Assembly: GCA_016212855.1 (NCBI GenBank)
Contig: JACRDP010000010.1
Coordinates: forward strand, 42,954 to 106,953
DNA: 64,000 nucleotides
Source of the DNA: Elusimicrobiota bacterium
GTDB lineage: Bacteria > Elusimicrobiota > Elusimicrobia > UBA1565 > UBA9628
Direction: 5' to 3'
Positions within the stretch are counted from its first letter, which is position 1. Each line of letters opens with the position of its first letter. The translations under genes were made by a program, and so were the position numbers. Positions 40,291 to 49,300 of this stretch are shown piece after piece. The notes under the pieces are model-generated. The model had not been told where the DNA came from, did no database searches, and saw only the letters and a list, made by a program, of their open reading frames with translations.

Positions 40291-41368
40291 CGCGCTTCTC
40301 GCGCTGCTGCTGCTCGCGGCGCCGACTGTTCTGCGCGCACAGGATCTGGGCTTCGACGTGCATTTCGGCTCCCGCCACGGCGCCGAATTCACCGCCCGCT
40401 CGAGCTCCTGGTGGAGCTCGAAAGTTCTCTTCGACAGCGGCTTCAGCGATCCGGTTCCGGGCGAATGGGACGTGCTGCTGATCCAAGGCGTGCTGCCCGA
40501 TCCGAACGTCCGCTTTCAGGCCGCGCGCTCCGGCGGCTCATGGGTCGACCTGGACGTGACGCGCGGCCCGGACGGCCGCTTCTGGGCGAAGGGGAAATTC
40601 CCGCGCAAGGCCGGGCCGGTGCGCCTGCGCGCGCTCGACGCGGGCGTCGCCGGCGAGAGCGCGGTGTCGATCTACGGCGCGGAGGCGTTCGCGGACGCGC
40701 CCGAGACCCCCGCGCCGTCGCTGCCGCCGTCGCGCGGCCCCGTCGATCCGGGCGCGAAGCCCCCGCTCGTGCACGGCCGGGCCGAGTGGCGCGCCGTCCC
40801 GCCGGTGAACCCGTACTCGCCCGATCCGATGCCGTGGCGCGTCACCTTGCATCACACGGACGGGCGCTACACGACGAACCTCGCGGAGAGTCTCGAAGAG
40901 ACTCGCTTCATCCAGGATTTCCATCAGCACGGCCGGGGCTGGAGCGACATCGGCTATCACTTTCTCGTCGATCCGCTGGGCAACGTCCTCGAGGGACGCC
41001 CGCTCGAAACGCTCGGCGCGCACACGCTCAGCAACAACGAGGGCAACGTCGGCATCGTCCTGCTCGGCACGTACCACGCGCCGAAGAACGACCAGCCGAC
41101 CCCCGCCCAGCTCGCGGCCGTCGCGTCGATCGGGCGCTTCCTCGTCAAGCGCTTCGGCATCGATCCCGCCTCGCTCAAGGGTCACCGCGACTACAAGCAG
41201 ACCGACTGCCCCGGCGACCTGGCCTATCCCAAGCTCCCTGAACTTCGCGCGGCGTTCGGGGCGACTGCGCCCGTGCCCTCCGCGCGCAAGCCGCGGCGAG
41301 TGCGTGTTTCACCCGTCGCGACGGCCCCGGATTGGGACGGCGGGCAATCCAGGCCCTTAGGCCTATAG
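40280..41368 (+). CDS. N-acetylmuramoyl-L-alanine amidase (Amidase_2/PGRP domain), secreted
   Basis: Signal peptide. HHTDG...IGYHFLV...GHRD...C zinc-amidase motifs. Confidence 0.75.
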   Translation: MRADALLALLLLAAPTVLRAQDLGFDVHFGSRHGAEFTARSSSWWSSKVLFDSGFSDPVPGEWDVLLIQGVLPDPNVRFQAARSGGSWVDLDVTRGPDGRFWAKGKFPRKAGPVRLRALDAGVAGESAVSIYGAEAFADAPETPAPSLPPSRGPVDPGAKPPLVHGRAEWRAVPPVNPYSPDPMPWRVTLHHTDGRYTTNLAESLEETRFIQDFHQHGRGWSDIGYHFLVDPLGNVLEGRPLETLGAHTLSNNEGNVGIVLLGTYHAPKNDQPTPAQLAAVASIGRFLVKRFGIDPASLKGHRDYKQTDCPGDLAYPKLPELRAAFGATAPVPSARKPRRVRVSPVATAPDWDGGQSRPLGL

Positions 41369-41534
41369 ACGTATGGTGCCGGAGGCACTGGCAACTGCTC
41401 TGCGCCGCCGTTAAACTCAACAGAGCATCTGTAGCTCGGGGAATTGGCCCCGGGGCATCCACGACCCGACCGAAATCGGGTGAGACCAGAGGTCTGCGGC
41501 GCGTTTACGCCGAGGCTTCTGGCTTTTTATTTTT

Positions 41535-42278
41535 ATGGGAACGAACATTATTAAATCTATGAGAATCAGCGGAACACGCGTCGGTGGATCAATGTGCATC
41601 GTCTTAATCGTAGCTTCTCTTGGCATGGCTGTCGCGCGCGCCGGAGACGTGAGCCGCGATGAGGCGTTCGCACAGGCAAAAAATGACGACGAACAAGCTC
41701 TTGTCGATCGCCCGTTGTACGTCACTCCCGCCCCGAAAAAATTCAGGCCCCGGGGCAAAGGCGAGCTCATCGTGATGAAGTTGACGCTGGAAAAGACGAC
41801 AATTCGTCGCGGAACTCCTATCCGCTGCCGATTAGAGATCGCTAACGTCGGGTCGGTCCCGTATGTGTTCATCGAGCACTCGCAAAGTTTTTTCAAAACC
41901 GGCCGTTTGCCATCGGATGCTCTCAATATGAGCGTCAAAGGTCCGCGAGGGAAAGAAAGCTTCGCTCGCTCGAAGTTCCCCGGGAATTCGGATATCGCTG
42001 CAGAAATTCATCTTCCGGCTGGACTTACTGAGGCCGAGAAAGCGGCCATGGTCGAAAGCATGAAACGCGATAAACGCTCGACGACGACGCTTTTCCAACG
42101 CCTTGCCCCGGGAGAAACACTGCATACCCGCGGCGATACGGCTCCAAATGGTTTTCGCACATTCGACATCGGCTCTTGGCTCAATTCGGATGGGGATTAT
42201 GAGCTGTACATGGTCCTCGATGCGTTTTCCAAATCCGAAAGAAAATCCAATCGCGTACACCTGAAGGTGGTTCCATGA
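41535..42278 (+). CDS. hypothetical secreted protein
   Basis: Signal peptide (MCIVLIVASLGMAVARA). No recognised domain. Confidence 0.5.
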   Translation: MGTNIIKSMRISGTRVGGSMCIVLIVASLGMAVARAGDVSRDEAFAQAKNDDEQALVDRPLYVTPAPKKFRPRGKGELIVMKLTLEKTTIRRGTPIRCRLEIANVGSVPYVFIEHSQSFFKTGRLPSDALNMSVKGPRGKESFARSKFPGNSDIAAEIHLPAGLTEAEKAAMVESMKRDKRSTTTLFQRLAPGETLHTRGDTAPNGFRTFDIGSWLNSDGDYELYMVLDAFSKSERKSNRVHLKVVP

Positions 42279-43861
42279 AGCGGCTGCTTCTTCTGGCCCT
42301 TATGGCATGGGTGGTTCCGGCCATCGCTTATGCGGGGCCGTGTCCAAGCTCGGATGGGTCGCCTTGCTTGCCTGATGATGGAACACAGAAAGATTTGCTG
42401 AGAAGGATCCGAGAAGTGCAGGCCCTGAACAATGAGATTCGCTCTGCCGCCATCGTTTGGCAAAATTCTCGCGCCGGAACGGATAGAGCGGGGGAGCTCT
42501 CCAAGTATGAGGCGTACGCGCAAGCGAAAAACACATTCGATGACAAATCGGTAAAACTCATCGATCAAATTCAGAAAGCCTACAATGTCGCGCCTACGCA
42601 CACATCCGGATTAACTCGAAAACCCTCGGGGACAAACCGCACTATGGCTTGGATGGATGGCCTCCCAGCGCAATGGAAACCTCGGTTCAGCAACAATGAT
42701 GACGATTATCGTGCGATTCAGACCAAGAGCGGGACTCATTACGCATCCGTGAATACGGCGGCTTATGCCGGCGCAACGCTTCCCAATGGCGATGTCGTGA
42801 TCGGCGCGTCATTGCTGTCAGAGGCATTGAAGGATCAGAATCCCGGCATCATCGCTCAAGCGATATATCATGAGGGGCGCCATTTCGCCGATTTGGTGAC
42901 TACCGGCTGGCGGTCGATTGAGCAGGGCGAAGTTGCTGCCTATACAGCGGTAGCGGCGCATGATGATACCTTTAAGCTGTCAGAGGGCTGGCTCCAACTC
43001 AATGCAGCCAATCTCTTAGCCAATCAGGCTGCGCTGGATGCCGGCTCGGAACGCGCGTATGCCATCACCGCCAAAGATGAGAAATTGATCAAGGGCATCA
43101 TCGACCAAGAAAAAGCTAGGCAGGGAGATTTCGCTAAATATTATGCGATTCTCAAGGCGGAGGTGACGAAGACCACCGCTGAGCGCGAGCATGATGAACT
43201 CCTGAAAAAAACAATCGCCTCAATAGCTCTCCGATCATGCGCCAATCCCGGAAGCGTGACACAAGATGAGCTGAACGCTCTCGATAAGCCTTACCGGAAA
43301 GATTTCTACCGAGGAGAGTTCCCCAAGGGACTGGAGGGGGCAGACGGCACCGGGTATTGTACCGAACCGTATTTTTATTTGGGCGACATGGCGGGGGCGA
43401 ACCCTGACGCGTTGCGCCTCAAATCGTTGTCAACGCCCAGGCAGCCTGCAATCTCTCCACCTCTGCCTGAGCAGCATGTTCCGGCCGTGCCGGTGGATCT
43501 CGCTGCGCTGACGATCTCGAACATGCGCCGCTTGGCGATCCTCGCATGCGATTATCCTGGAAGGCTAACTTACGCAGATACAACCGGGGCGATCAAGACG
43601 GCGTATGTTCCGCTTCCAGCCGCGCAGAGTGCAGGATCGGATCTAACCGGATGTGCGCGTTTTGTCTATGATGCTCTCGTTTTCTTTGTTCCTCAGGGCT
43701 ACCGGGGGGCGCTGACGCCTGACTGGCTTCGCGAACGAGCCCTGGCCTACAGTCCGCCAACTCCTCCGCGAGGCGAACCTGGCGGGGGACGCGGCAGCCC
43801 TCCTAGAAAGGATCCTTGCTACTGGGACCCTGGGTGCAACTGCCGTGTCTGCGAGGATTGA
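42275..43861 (+). CDS. hypothetical secreted protein with HExxH-like motif (HEGRH) and Cys-rich C-terminus
   Basis: Signal peptide MKRLLLLALMAWVVPAIAYA. AIYHEGRHFADL. C-terminal DPCYWDPGCNCRVCED. ATGA overlap with the upstream gene. Confidence 0.5.
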   Translation: MKRLLLLALMAWVVPAIAYAGPCPSSDGSPCLPDDGTQKDLLRRIREVQALNNEIRSAAIVWQNSRAGTDRAGELSKYEAYAQAKNTFDDKSVKLIDQIQKAYNVAPTHTSGLTRKPSGTNRTMAWMDGLPAQWKPRFSNNDDDYRAIQTKSGTHYASVNTAAYAGATLPNGDVVIGASLLSEALKDQNPGIIAQAIYHEGRHFADLVTTGWRSIEQGEVAAYTAVAAHDDTFKLSEGWLQLNAANLLANQAALDAGSERAYAITAKDEKLIKGIIDQEKARQGDFAKYYAILKAEVTKTTAEREHDELLKKTIASIALRSCANPGSVTQDELNALDKPYRKDFYRGEFPKGLEGADGTGYCTEPYFYLGDMAGANPDALRLKSLSTPRQPAISPPLPEQHVPAVPVDLAALTISNMRRLAILACDYPGRLTYADTTGAIKTAYVPLPAAQSAGSDLTGCARFVYDALVFFVPQGYRGALTPDWLRERALAYSPPTPPRGEPGGGRGSPPRKDPCYWDPGCNCRVCED

Positions 43862-43889
43862 AAAGCAGTTGACGTCTTTGCAGAGCAGA

Positions 43890-44666
43890 TCAGAGAAGGA
43901 GTAGCGCGACCAAGCCGAGCGCGACGCGGTAAAGCGCGTAGGGCTTCAACCCGCCTTTGGGCAGGAAGCGCAGGAACGCTCCGACGGCGGCAAATCCTAC
44001 CGCGCCCGACACGGCGAGGCCGAGAACGAAGGGCCCCGTGACGTCGGCCGGTCCCAGATGGCGCAGCTTGAGCAGCGCCGCGCCCGCGACGATCGGCGTG
44101 GCCATCAAGAAAGACAGTTCCGCGGCCTGAGACCGTTCCAGGCCGAGCAGCAGCGCCGCGCTCATCGTGGCACCCGAGCGGGACACGCCCGGCATCAGCG
44201 CCAGGGCCTGGGCGCACCCGACGAGAAGCACGGTCCGCACACCGGCCGTGCGCCAGGCGCCGGCGGCGCCCTCGCCGCGGCGATCGGCCCACCACATGAC
44301 GCCGCTGAAGGCGATCAGGCAGGCGCCGATGCGGCGCGGGTCGCGGAAAGCGTGCTCCGCGGTTTTCTCGAGGGCCAGCCCGGCGACGACCGCGGGCACG
44401 GTCGCCAGAACCAGCAGGCCGAGCGTGCGCGCCTCCTCTCCGCGCGGATCGCGCAGCGCGCCCGTGAACAGCCTCAGCCAGGTCTCGCGGTAGTACACGA
44501 GCACCGCGGCCAAAGTCCCCAGATGAAGCGCCACGTCGAACGTCAGGCCCGGGTCCGGGAAGGAGAAGAAGAGAGGCGCCAGGGCCAGGTGCGCCGAGCT
44601 CGACACGGGCAGGAATTCCGTGAGGCCTTGGACGGCCCCGAGCAGCGCGGCCTGGGCGTAGGTCAT
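43890..44666 (-). CDS. uppP: undecaprenyl-diphosphate phosphatase
   Basis: Start MTYAQAALLGAVQGLTEFLPVSSSAHL, canonical BacA/UppP N-terminus. 8 TM segments. Confidence 0.85.
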   Translation of the reverse strand: MTYAQAALLGAVQGLTEFLPVSSSAHLALAPLFFSFPDPGLTFDVALHLGTLAAVLVYYRETWLRLFTGALRDPRGEEARTLGLLVLATVPAVVAGLALEKTAEHAFRDPRRIGACLIAFSGVMWWADRRGEGAAGAWRTAGVRTVLLVGCAQALALMPGVSRSGATMSAALLLGLERSQAAELSFLMATPIVAGAALLKLRHLGPADVTGPFVLGLAVSGAVGFAAVGAFLRFLPKGGLKPYALYRVALGLVALLLL

Positions 44667-46300
44667 TCCGCGGCTACGCGGGGAACCAACGCCATGTCGC
44701 GGCGCACGGGCTTGCCCACCGCGCCGATCCACGGGAGGTTGCGCGCGCCGGCCTGCAGAAGAAACTTGCGCTGCTCGAGGTCGGCTTTGCGCACCGAGCT
44801 GGTCGAATCGAGCTCGTCGATGTGCTTTCCCGAGTAGTCATCGTGAATGATGCGCAGCTGGTAGCCGTTCGCCGGTCCCGCGGGCATGGTCAGGCTGAAA
44901 TTCCCGCCGGTGCCGGTTTCCGTCGAGGCGACCTCGTTGTCCTCCGCGTCGACGAACACCAGCTTGACGCCGAAGACGCCCCTGGTCGTCAACAGATCGT
45001 ACACGGTCCCTTCGAACGTCCACTGCGGCCCCTTGGGCTTGACGGGCGCCGGCGGCGCCGCGGGCTTGGGCTTGGGTTTCAACGTCGGCGCGGGAGGCTT
45101 CGGGCGCGGCGCGACGTTGAAGGTCGCCGTCGGACGCGAAGGATCGGGCACGGGCGTCGAGGGGACAGGGGCCGATGGTGTCACCGGCGCCGGAGCCGGC
45201 GCGACGATCGGCGCGGGCGGCGCCGGGGGCGGGGCGACGGGAGCCGGAGCCGCGACCGGCGGCGTATCGCTCCCGGGCTTGGGCGGCTCGACGGTCCGGC
45301 CCACCGACGGAGCGGGCAGGTTCGTCGGCGCCGGCCCGTCGCTCGGCGCCGCCGGCATGGGGGAGACGGGAGCCGCGTTCGGGTCTCGCGGCGTGATCGG
45401 GTCGTCGATCGAGGGAGTCACCGTGGCCTCCCCGGCGGCGCGCTTGCCGAAGGGAGACGCGCCCGTGGGCCGCGCGGCGCCTTGCGGCTCGGTGCGCAGC
45501 ATCATGAAGATCGCGCCCATGCTGAGCAGGCCGAGAGCGCCGCCGGCGAGAGCCGCGAGCTGGACGGCCGACTGCCGCCCCTTTTTCGGCGGCTCGGTCG
45601 GAGCGGGCTTGCTCGCGGGCGCGCGTTCGGGCTTCGGCGCCGGCCGTTCCGCCGGCGGGCGCCGCGCCTCCGCCTCGACGACGATTTCCTTGGTCGAGGT
45701 CGGCAGGAATAGAGCGGGGGGAGGCGCTTCGTCGGCCGCTTCCTCGACTTCGGGCGCGGGCTCGGGCGCAGCCGCCGCGGAAGGGAGAGACACGCCTTTC
45801 GGTTGCTCCTCCTCCTCCTCCTCCGGTACGGGAGGAGGCGCCGGATCGAGCTCGGTCTTCTTGGGCGGGAGCTTCTTCAGCGGCTCGACCGGAGCTTTCT
45901 CCGCCTCGGACTTGGGCTTGGCTTCGGGAAGTTTCGCGGCCGGGGGCGGAGGGGGAGGAGCGAAGAGGCTCTCGCCCGGCTTGGGGCCCAGGTTTCGGGC
46001 GACGGGCAAGGCGAAGGGATTCTCGTCCCCCGGCGGCGACGCGAACGCGCCGGAGCCGCCTTTGGTCGGCTTCACGGGAGGCGGCGCCTCTCCGCCGCGC
46101 GCCGGCGGCAGGGAAAACCCGGCCTGAGCGGGCGGAGGCGCGGCCGGCTTGAGCGGCGGTTTTGAAGCCGGCGGCTCGGCTTTCTTCCCGGCCTCGGGGG
46201 CCTTCCCTTTTTTATTGGCGACGAAATCCCAACCGCAGGCCTGGCAGAGCCGGGCCTCGTCGGGAGCTGTGGCGCCGCAGCTCGGGCAACGGGAGATCAT
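44663..46300 (-). CDS. zinc-ribbon membrane protein with Pro-rich regions and C-terminal carboxypeptidase-regulatory-like beta-sandwich
   Basis: CPSCG...CQACG N-terminal zinc ribbon. Pro/Ala-rich linker. One TM (LAALAGGALGLLSMGAIFMML). A second Pro-rich tract. C-terminal GTVYDLLTTRGVFGVKLVFVD...GNFSL. Confidence 0.55.
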   Translation of the reverse strand: MISRCPSCGATAPDEARLCQACGWDFVANKKGKAPEAGKKAEPPASKPPLKPAAPPPAQAGFSLPPARGGEAPPPVKPTKGGSGAFASPPGDENPFALPVARNLGPKPGESLFAPPPPPPAAKLPEAKPKSEAEKAPVEPLKKLPPKKTELDPAPPPVPEEEEEEQPKGVSLPSAAAAPEPAPEVEEAADEAPPPALFLPTSTKEIVVEAEARRPPAERPAPKPERAPASKPAPTEPPKKGRQSAVQLAALAGGALGLLSMGAIFMMLRTEPQGAARPTGASPFGKRAAGEATVTPSIDDPITPRDPNAAPVSPMPAAPSDGPAPTNLPAPSVGRTVEPPKPGSDTPPVAAPAPVAPPPAPPAPIVAPAPAPVTPSAPVPSTPVPDPSRPTATFNVAPRPKPPAPTLKPKPKPAAPPAPVKPKGPQWTFEGTVYDLLTTRGVFGVKLVFVDAEDNEVASTETGTGGNFSLTMPAGPANGYQLRIIHDDYSGKHIDELDSTSSVRKADLEQRKFLLQAGARNLPWIGAVGKPVRRDMALVPRVAAE

Positions 46301-46342
46301 CTGGTGCCGCTCTCAGCGAGCGGCGGGACGATTCTACTTTTT

Positions 46343-49300
46343 TTACGCGACGGAAGAGTCGTCGTCGGAGCCGTCGCGCTTGCGGCGGCGGCGAGTCATG
46401 CCGACAAGGTACGGCAGTTCGGAGTGATAGACCAGGTAGCCGATCGAAACGGCGGCGGCGCCGCGCAAAGTCAAGGACAGAAGATCGCGCCAGTCCTTGC
46501 CCTCGGCGGGACGATCCTCGGGCAGTTCATATTTATGGCGCGCGGGCGGCATATAGGTGTAGCTGAAATCCTCTTCCTCGGGCTTGACGCCGGGCGCGAC
46601 CGGGCGCGCCGGGTTGACCGCTCCGCCCGCGACGCGCGCGACCGGCGGGACTTTGTCGTCGGCGGACGGGGCCGTCAAGACCGGAGTGCGCGCGGCCAGC
46701 CGAGGCAGGCCCGGGCTGTCGCCCGCGCCCAGCCCCTTCATCGGGACGGGGGACCAGCCCGTGCCCTGGTCCTTGCGATCGCGCGAGCCGTCGAAGCGCG
46801 ACGCTAAGGAGGGAACGGGGTCATGCCCGCCGCCGACCGTCGTTTGATTGGGAATCGCGCGCGCGCCGCGGTTGACCGGGATCACGGGGCCGCCGCCGGC
46901 GAGGCCTTCGGGCACGGCCGGGCTCACGACCGGGCCGCTCTTGGGAGCGCCGCCTCCGCCGCCGGGAGCGCCGTCACCGCCGGCTCCGCCGCCGCCGCCG
47001 TCGGCTCCGCCGCCGCCTCCACCGCCACCGCCTCCTCCACCGCCGCCGGCGTCGCCGAAGCCGCGGAAGTTGGGAGCCTTGGGCCCCTTGCCGCCGCCGC
47101 CTTCTCCGCCGCCGCCTCCGCCGCCGGCGACGGAGCCGCCGTTGCCGCCCGAGCCGGGGCCGCCGTTGCCGACCGGGCCGGGGGGCGGAGGCTCGGGCTG
47201 GGGCTCGAGTTTGAGTTCGGGCTCGGGCTGGGGCTCGATCTTCTGTTCAGGAATCGGATCGGGCTTCGTCTCCGCAACCGTGTCGTCCGCTGGATCGGGT
47301 GTCCGTTCGGCGGGCACTTCGATATCCGTGTTGAAGGGCACTGCCCGGCGCCGAGGGATGACGACAGGAGGCGGGGGAATCACTCTCGCGGCCAAGCTCA
47401 TGTAGCCGCCCTCGCCGATGCGCCGGAGGGCCTTGCGCCAGATGCTTTCCTTGAGCTTCGGCTCCACTTCCACCTTCTCCTTGACCTTCTCGCGGACGCG
47501 TTCCCCGGCCTTCAGGTCCAACTCGCCTTTGCCCTTGACCTTCACGGGCTCCTCGATGAGCTTGACCTTCCGGACCTCTTCGCCCTTCATGAATTCGAAT
47601 TCGAGCTGTTCGCCGGGCTTGGCGCCCTCGACCTTCGCCTCCACGATCTCCGTTTCGCCGGGCTTGGCTTCGACCACTTTCGCTTCGATGGGCTTGGCTT
47701 CCACCGGCTTCTCGCCCGGCTTGGCTTCCACCGGTTTGCCTTCGACCGGCTTCGCTTCGACCGGCTTCGCTTCGACCGGCTTGGCATCCGCCACCTTGGC
47801 TTCGACGGGTTTCGCCTCGACCGGCTTTCCGTCGAGCGGCTTGGCTTCCACCGGCTTGCCTTCAAGCGGGTTCACTTCGAGCGGCTTCGCTTCCAGCGGC
47901 TTGGCCTCGAGGGGTTTGGTCGCGGAAGCCAACTCGCTGCCCGCCGTTTCGGCGGCCGGGCCGTTGGACTCGACTTTCGTGTTGGCCTTGACGTCGCCGG
48001 TCTTGAGCTCCGGGCGCTCGATCCCGCCGCCCTTGGCGTCTTTGATCCATTCGTTCTTCAGTTTCTCGAGCCCTTCTCCCGCGCGCTTCCACCAGGGGCC
48101 TTTCGCTCCGGCGGGGGCTTCGACTCCCGCTACCGTGCCCTCCCCTTTGGCCACGCCGCCTCCGCCGCCCGCGCCTTCGACGACGGCCGGCGCGCCTTTG
48201 CCGACCGCCGGCGTGACGGGGCCCTGAGCGCCCGCCCCGTTGACGTTGGCCTGCCCCGGATTCTTCGCCCCGAAATCCAACTCCAACTGCACCGGCGGCT
48301 TGGCCGCGACGGCCGCGCCGCCGCCGGGCGTCGCTTTGGCGACGGGCTCGGCCTTCGGGGCGCGGAAGCGGTCGATGAGGCTCTTGCCGAACTTGTAGCC
48401 GGGCATTTCCTTGCCCATCGACTTCGCCCCGAAGAAGAGCATGCTGAGGTCCACGACCGCGTTGCCCAGCGCGTCGGTCCCCTCGGGCGTGCCCGCGTGC
48501 TGGATCGCGTCGTTGACGTGGGCGCCGGTGGCGAGAACGAACGGAGCCACGACGCTCGTGATGGCCAGCCCGCGGATAACGCTCACGCCCTTTCCGGCGA
48601 GGGTCACCGTGCGGCCCAGGCCGGTCGAGCCGGCCTTGGTCAGCGCCGCGCCCTTGGCCCCGATATTGGCCGCGAACTTGCCGAGCGCCGAGAACGCGTA
48701 CGGCATGGCCCAAGTGAGCGGGTTGGTCAGCATCTGGCCGACGGCCTCGCCGGCCGAGGCGAAGAAGCCGGCGACGGCGTGCCCGTTGCGGGAGAGCTGC
48801 TTGCCGTAGGTGCCCGCGCCGAACTCGGCGAGCGTGAAGTACGCCTCCAAGTCGGTCGGCGGCATCTTCATCGCCTGCTCGTAGTACAGCGGCGTGAGCT
48901 CGGCGGTGACGCCCATCGCCTCGAGGTGCTCGGGGCGCAGTTCCAGGGCGCGCTTGTCGAGGAGCTTGCGCGCGCCCGGGGTCAGAAGCTTCAGGAACTT
49001 GCGCGCCCACTCCTCGAACTTCTCCGGTTCCTTCTCGCCGTCGGGCTTGGTGCCCGCGATCGAGTAGCACCAGGCGGGGTTGCGCGACTTCGTGGCGATG
49101 TTGTTGAGCAGGGCCTGGTCGCCGCTGACGTTGCTTTCGACGACGTTGACGATGCCGGTATAGACGAAATTGCTGACGTAGTTCGAGGCGTCGAGCACCT
49201 GCTTCAGGACGGGGACGTCGACGATCTTCTGCGCCAGCCAGAGGGCCGGCGCCGAGCCGGGGATGGACTTCGAGGTGGTCGGCTTCTCCCAGCTGTTCTG

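Larger units (their letters stand above)
41369..43889. other. lower-GC island (putative horizontally acquired two-gene secreted module)
   Basis: Visibly AT-richer than flanks (TTTTTATTTTTATGGGAACGAAC...). 9-bp inverted match CTGCTCTGC / GCAGAGCAG near both ends. Confidence 0.4.

Noticed and set aside
38794-40481. 532-aa minus ORF and 403-aa plus ORF over pepP
   Set aside because: Alternate frames of pepP, which has clear M24 metal-ligand motifs.
41391-43889. 9-bp inverted match CTGCTCTGC / GCAGAGCAG flanking the low-GC island, as terminal inverted repeats
   Set aside because: The match is short enough to occur by chance, and no target-site duplication was recognised. Kept only as a weak note inside the island finding.
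46950-47215. GC-only simple-sequence tract. Considered as a non-coding repeat or CRISPR-like array.
   Set aside because: It is in-frame low-complexity coding (poly-Gly) of the giant gene. No spacer/repeat periodicity of the CRISPR type was seen anywhere in the window.
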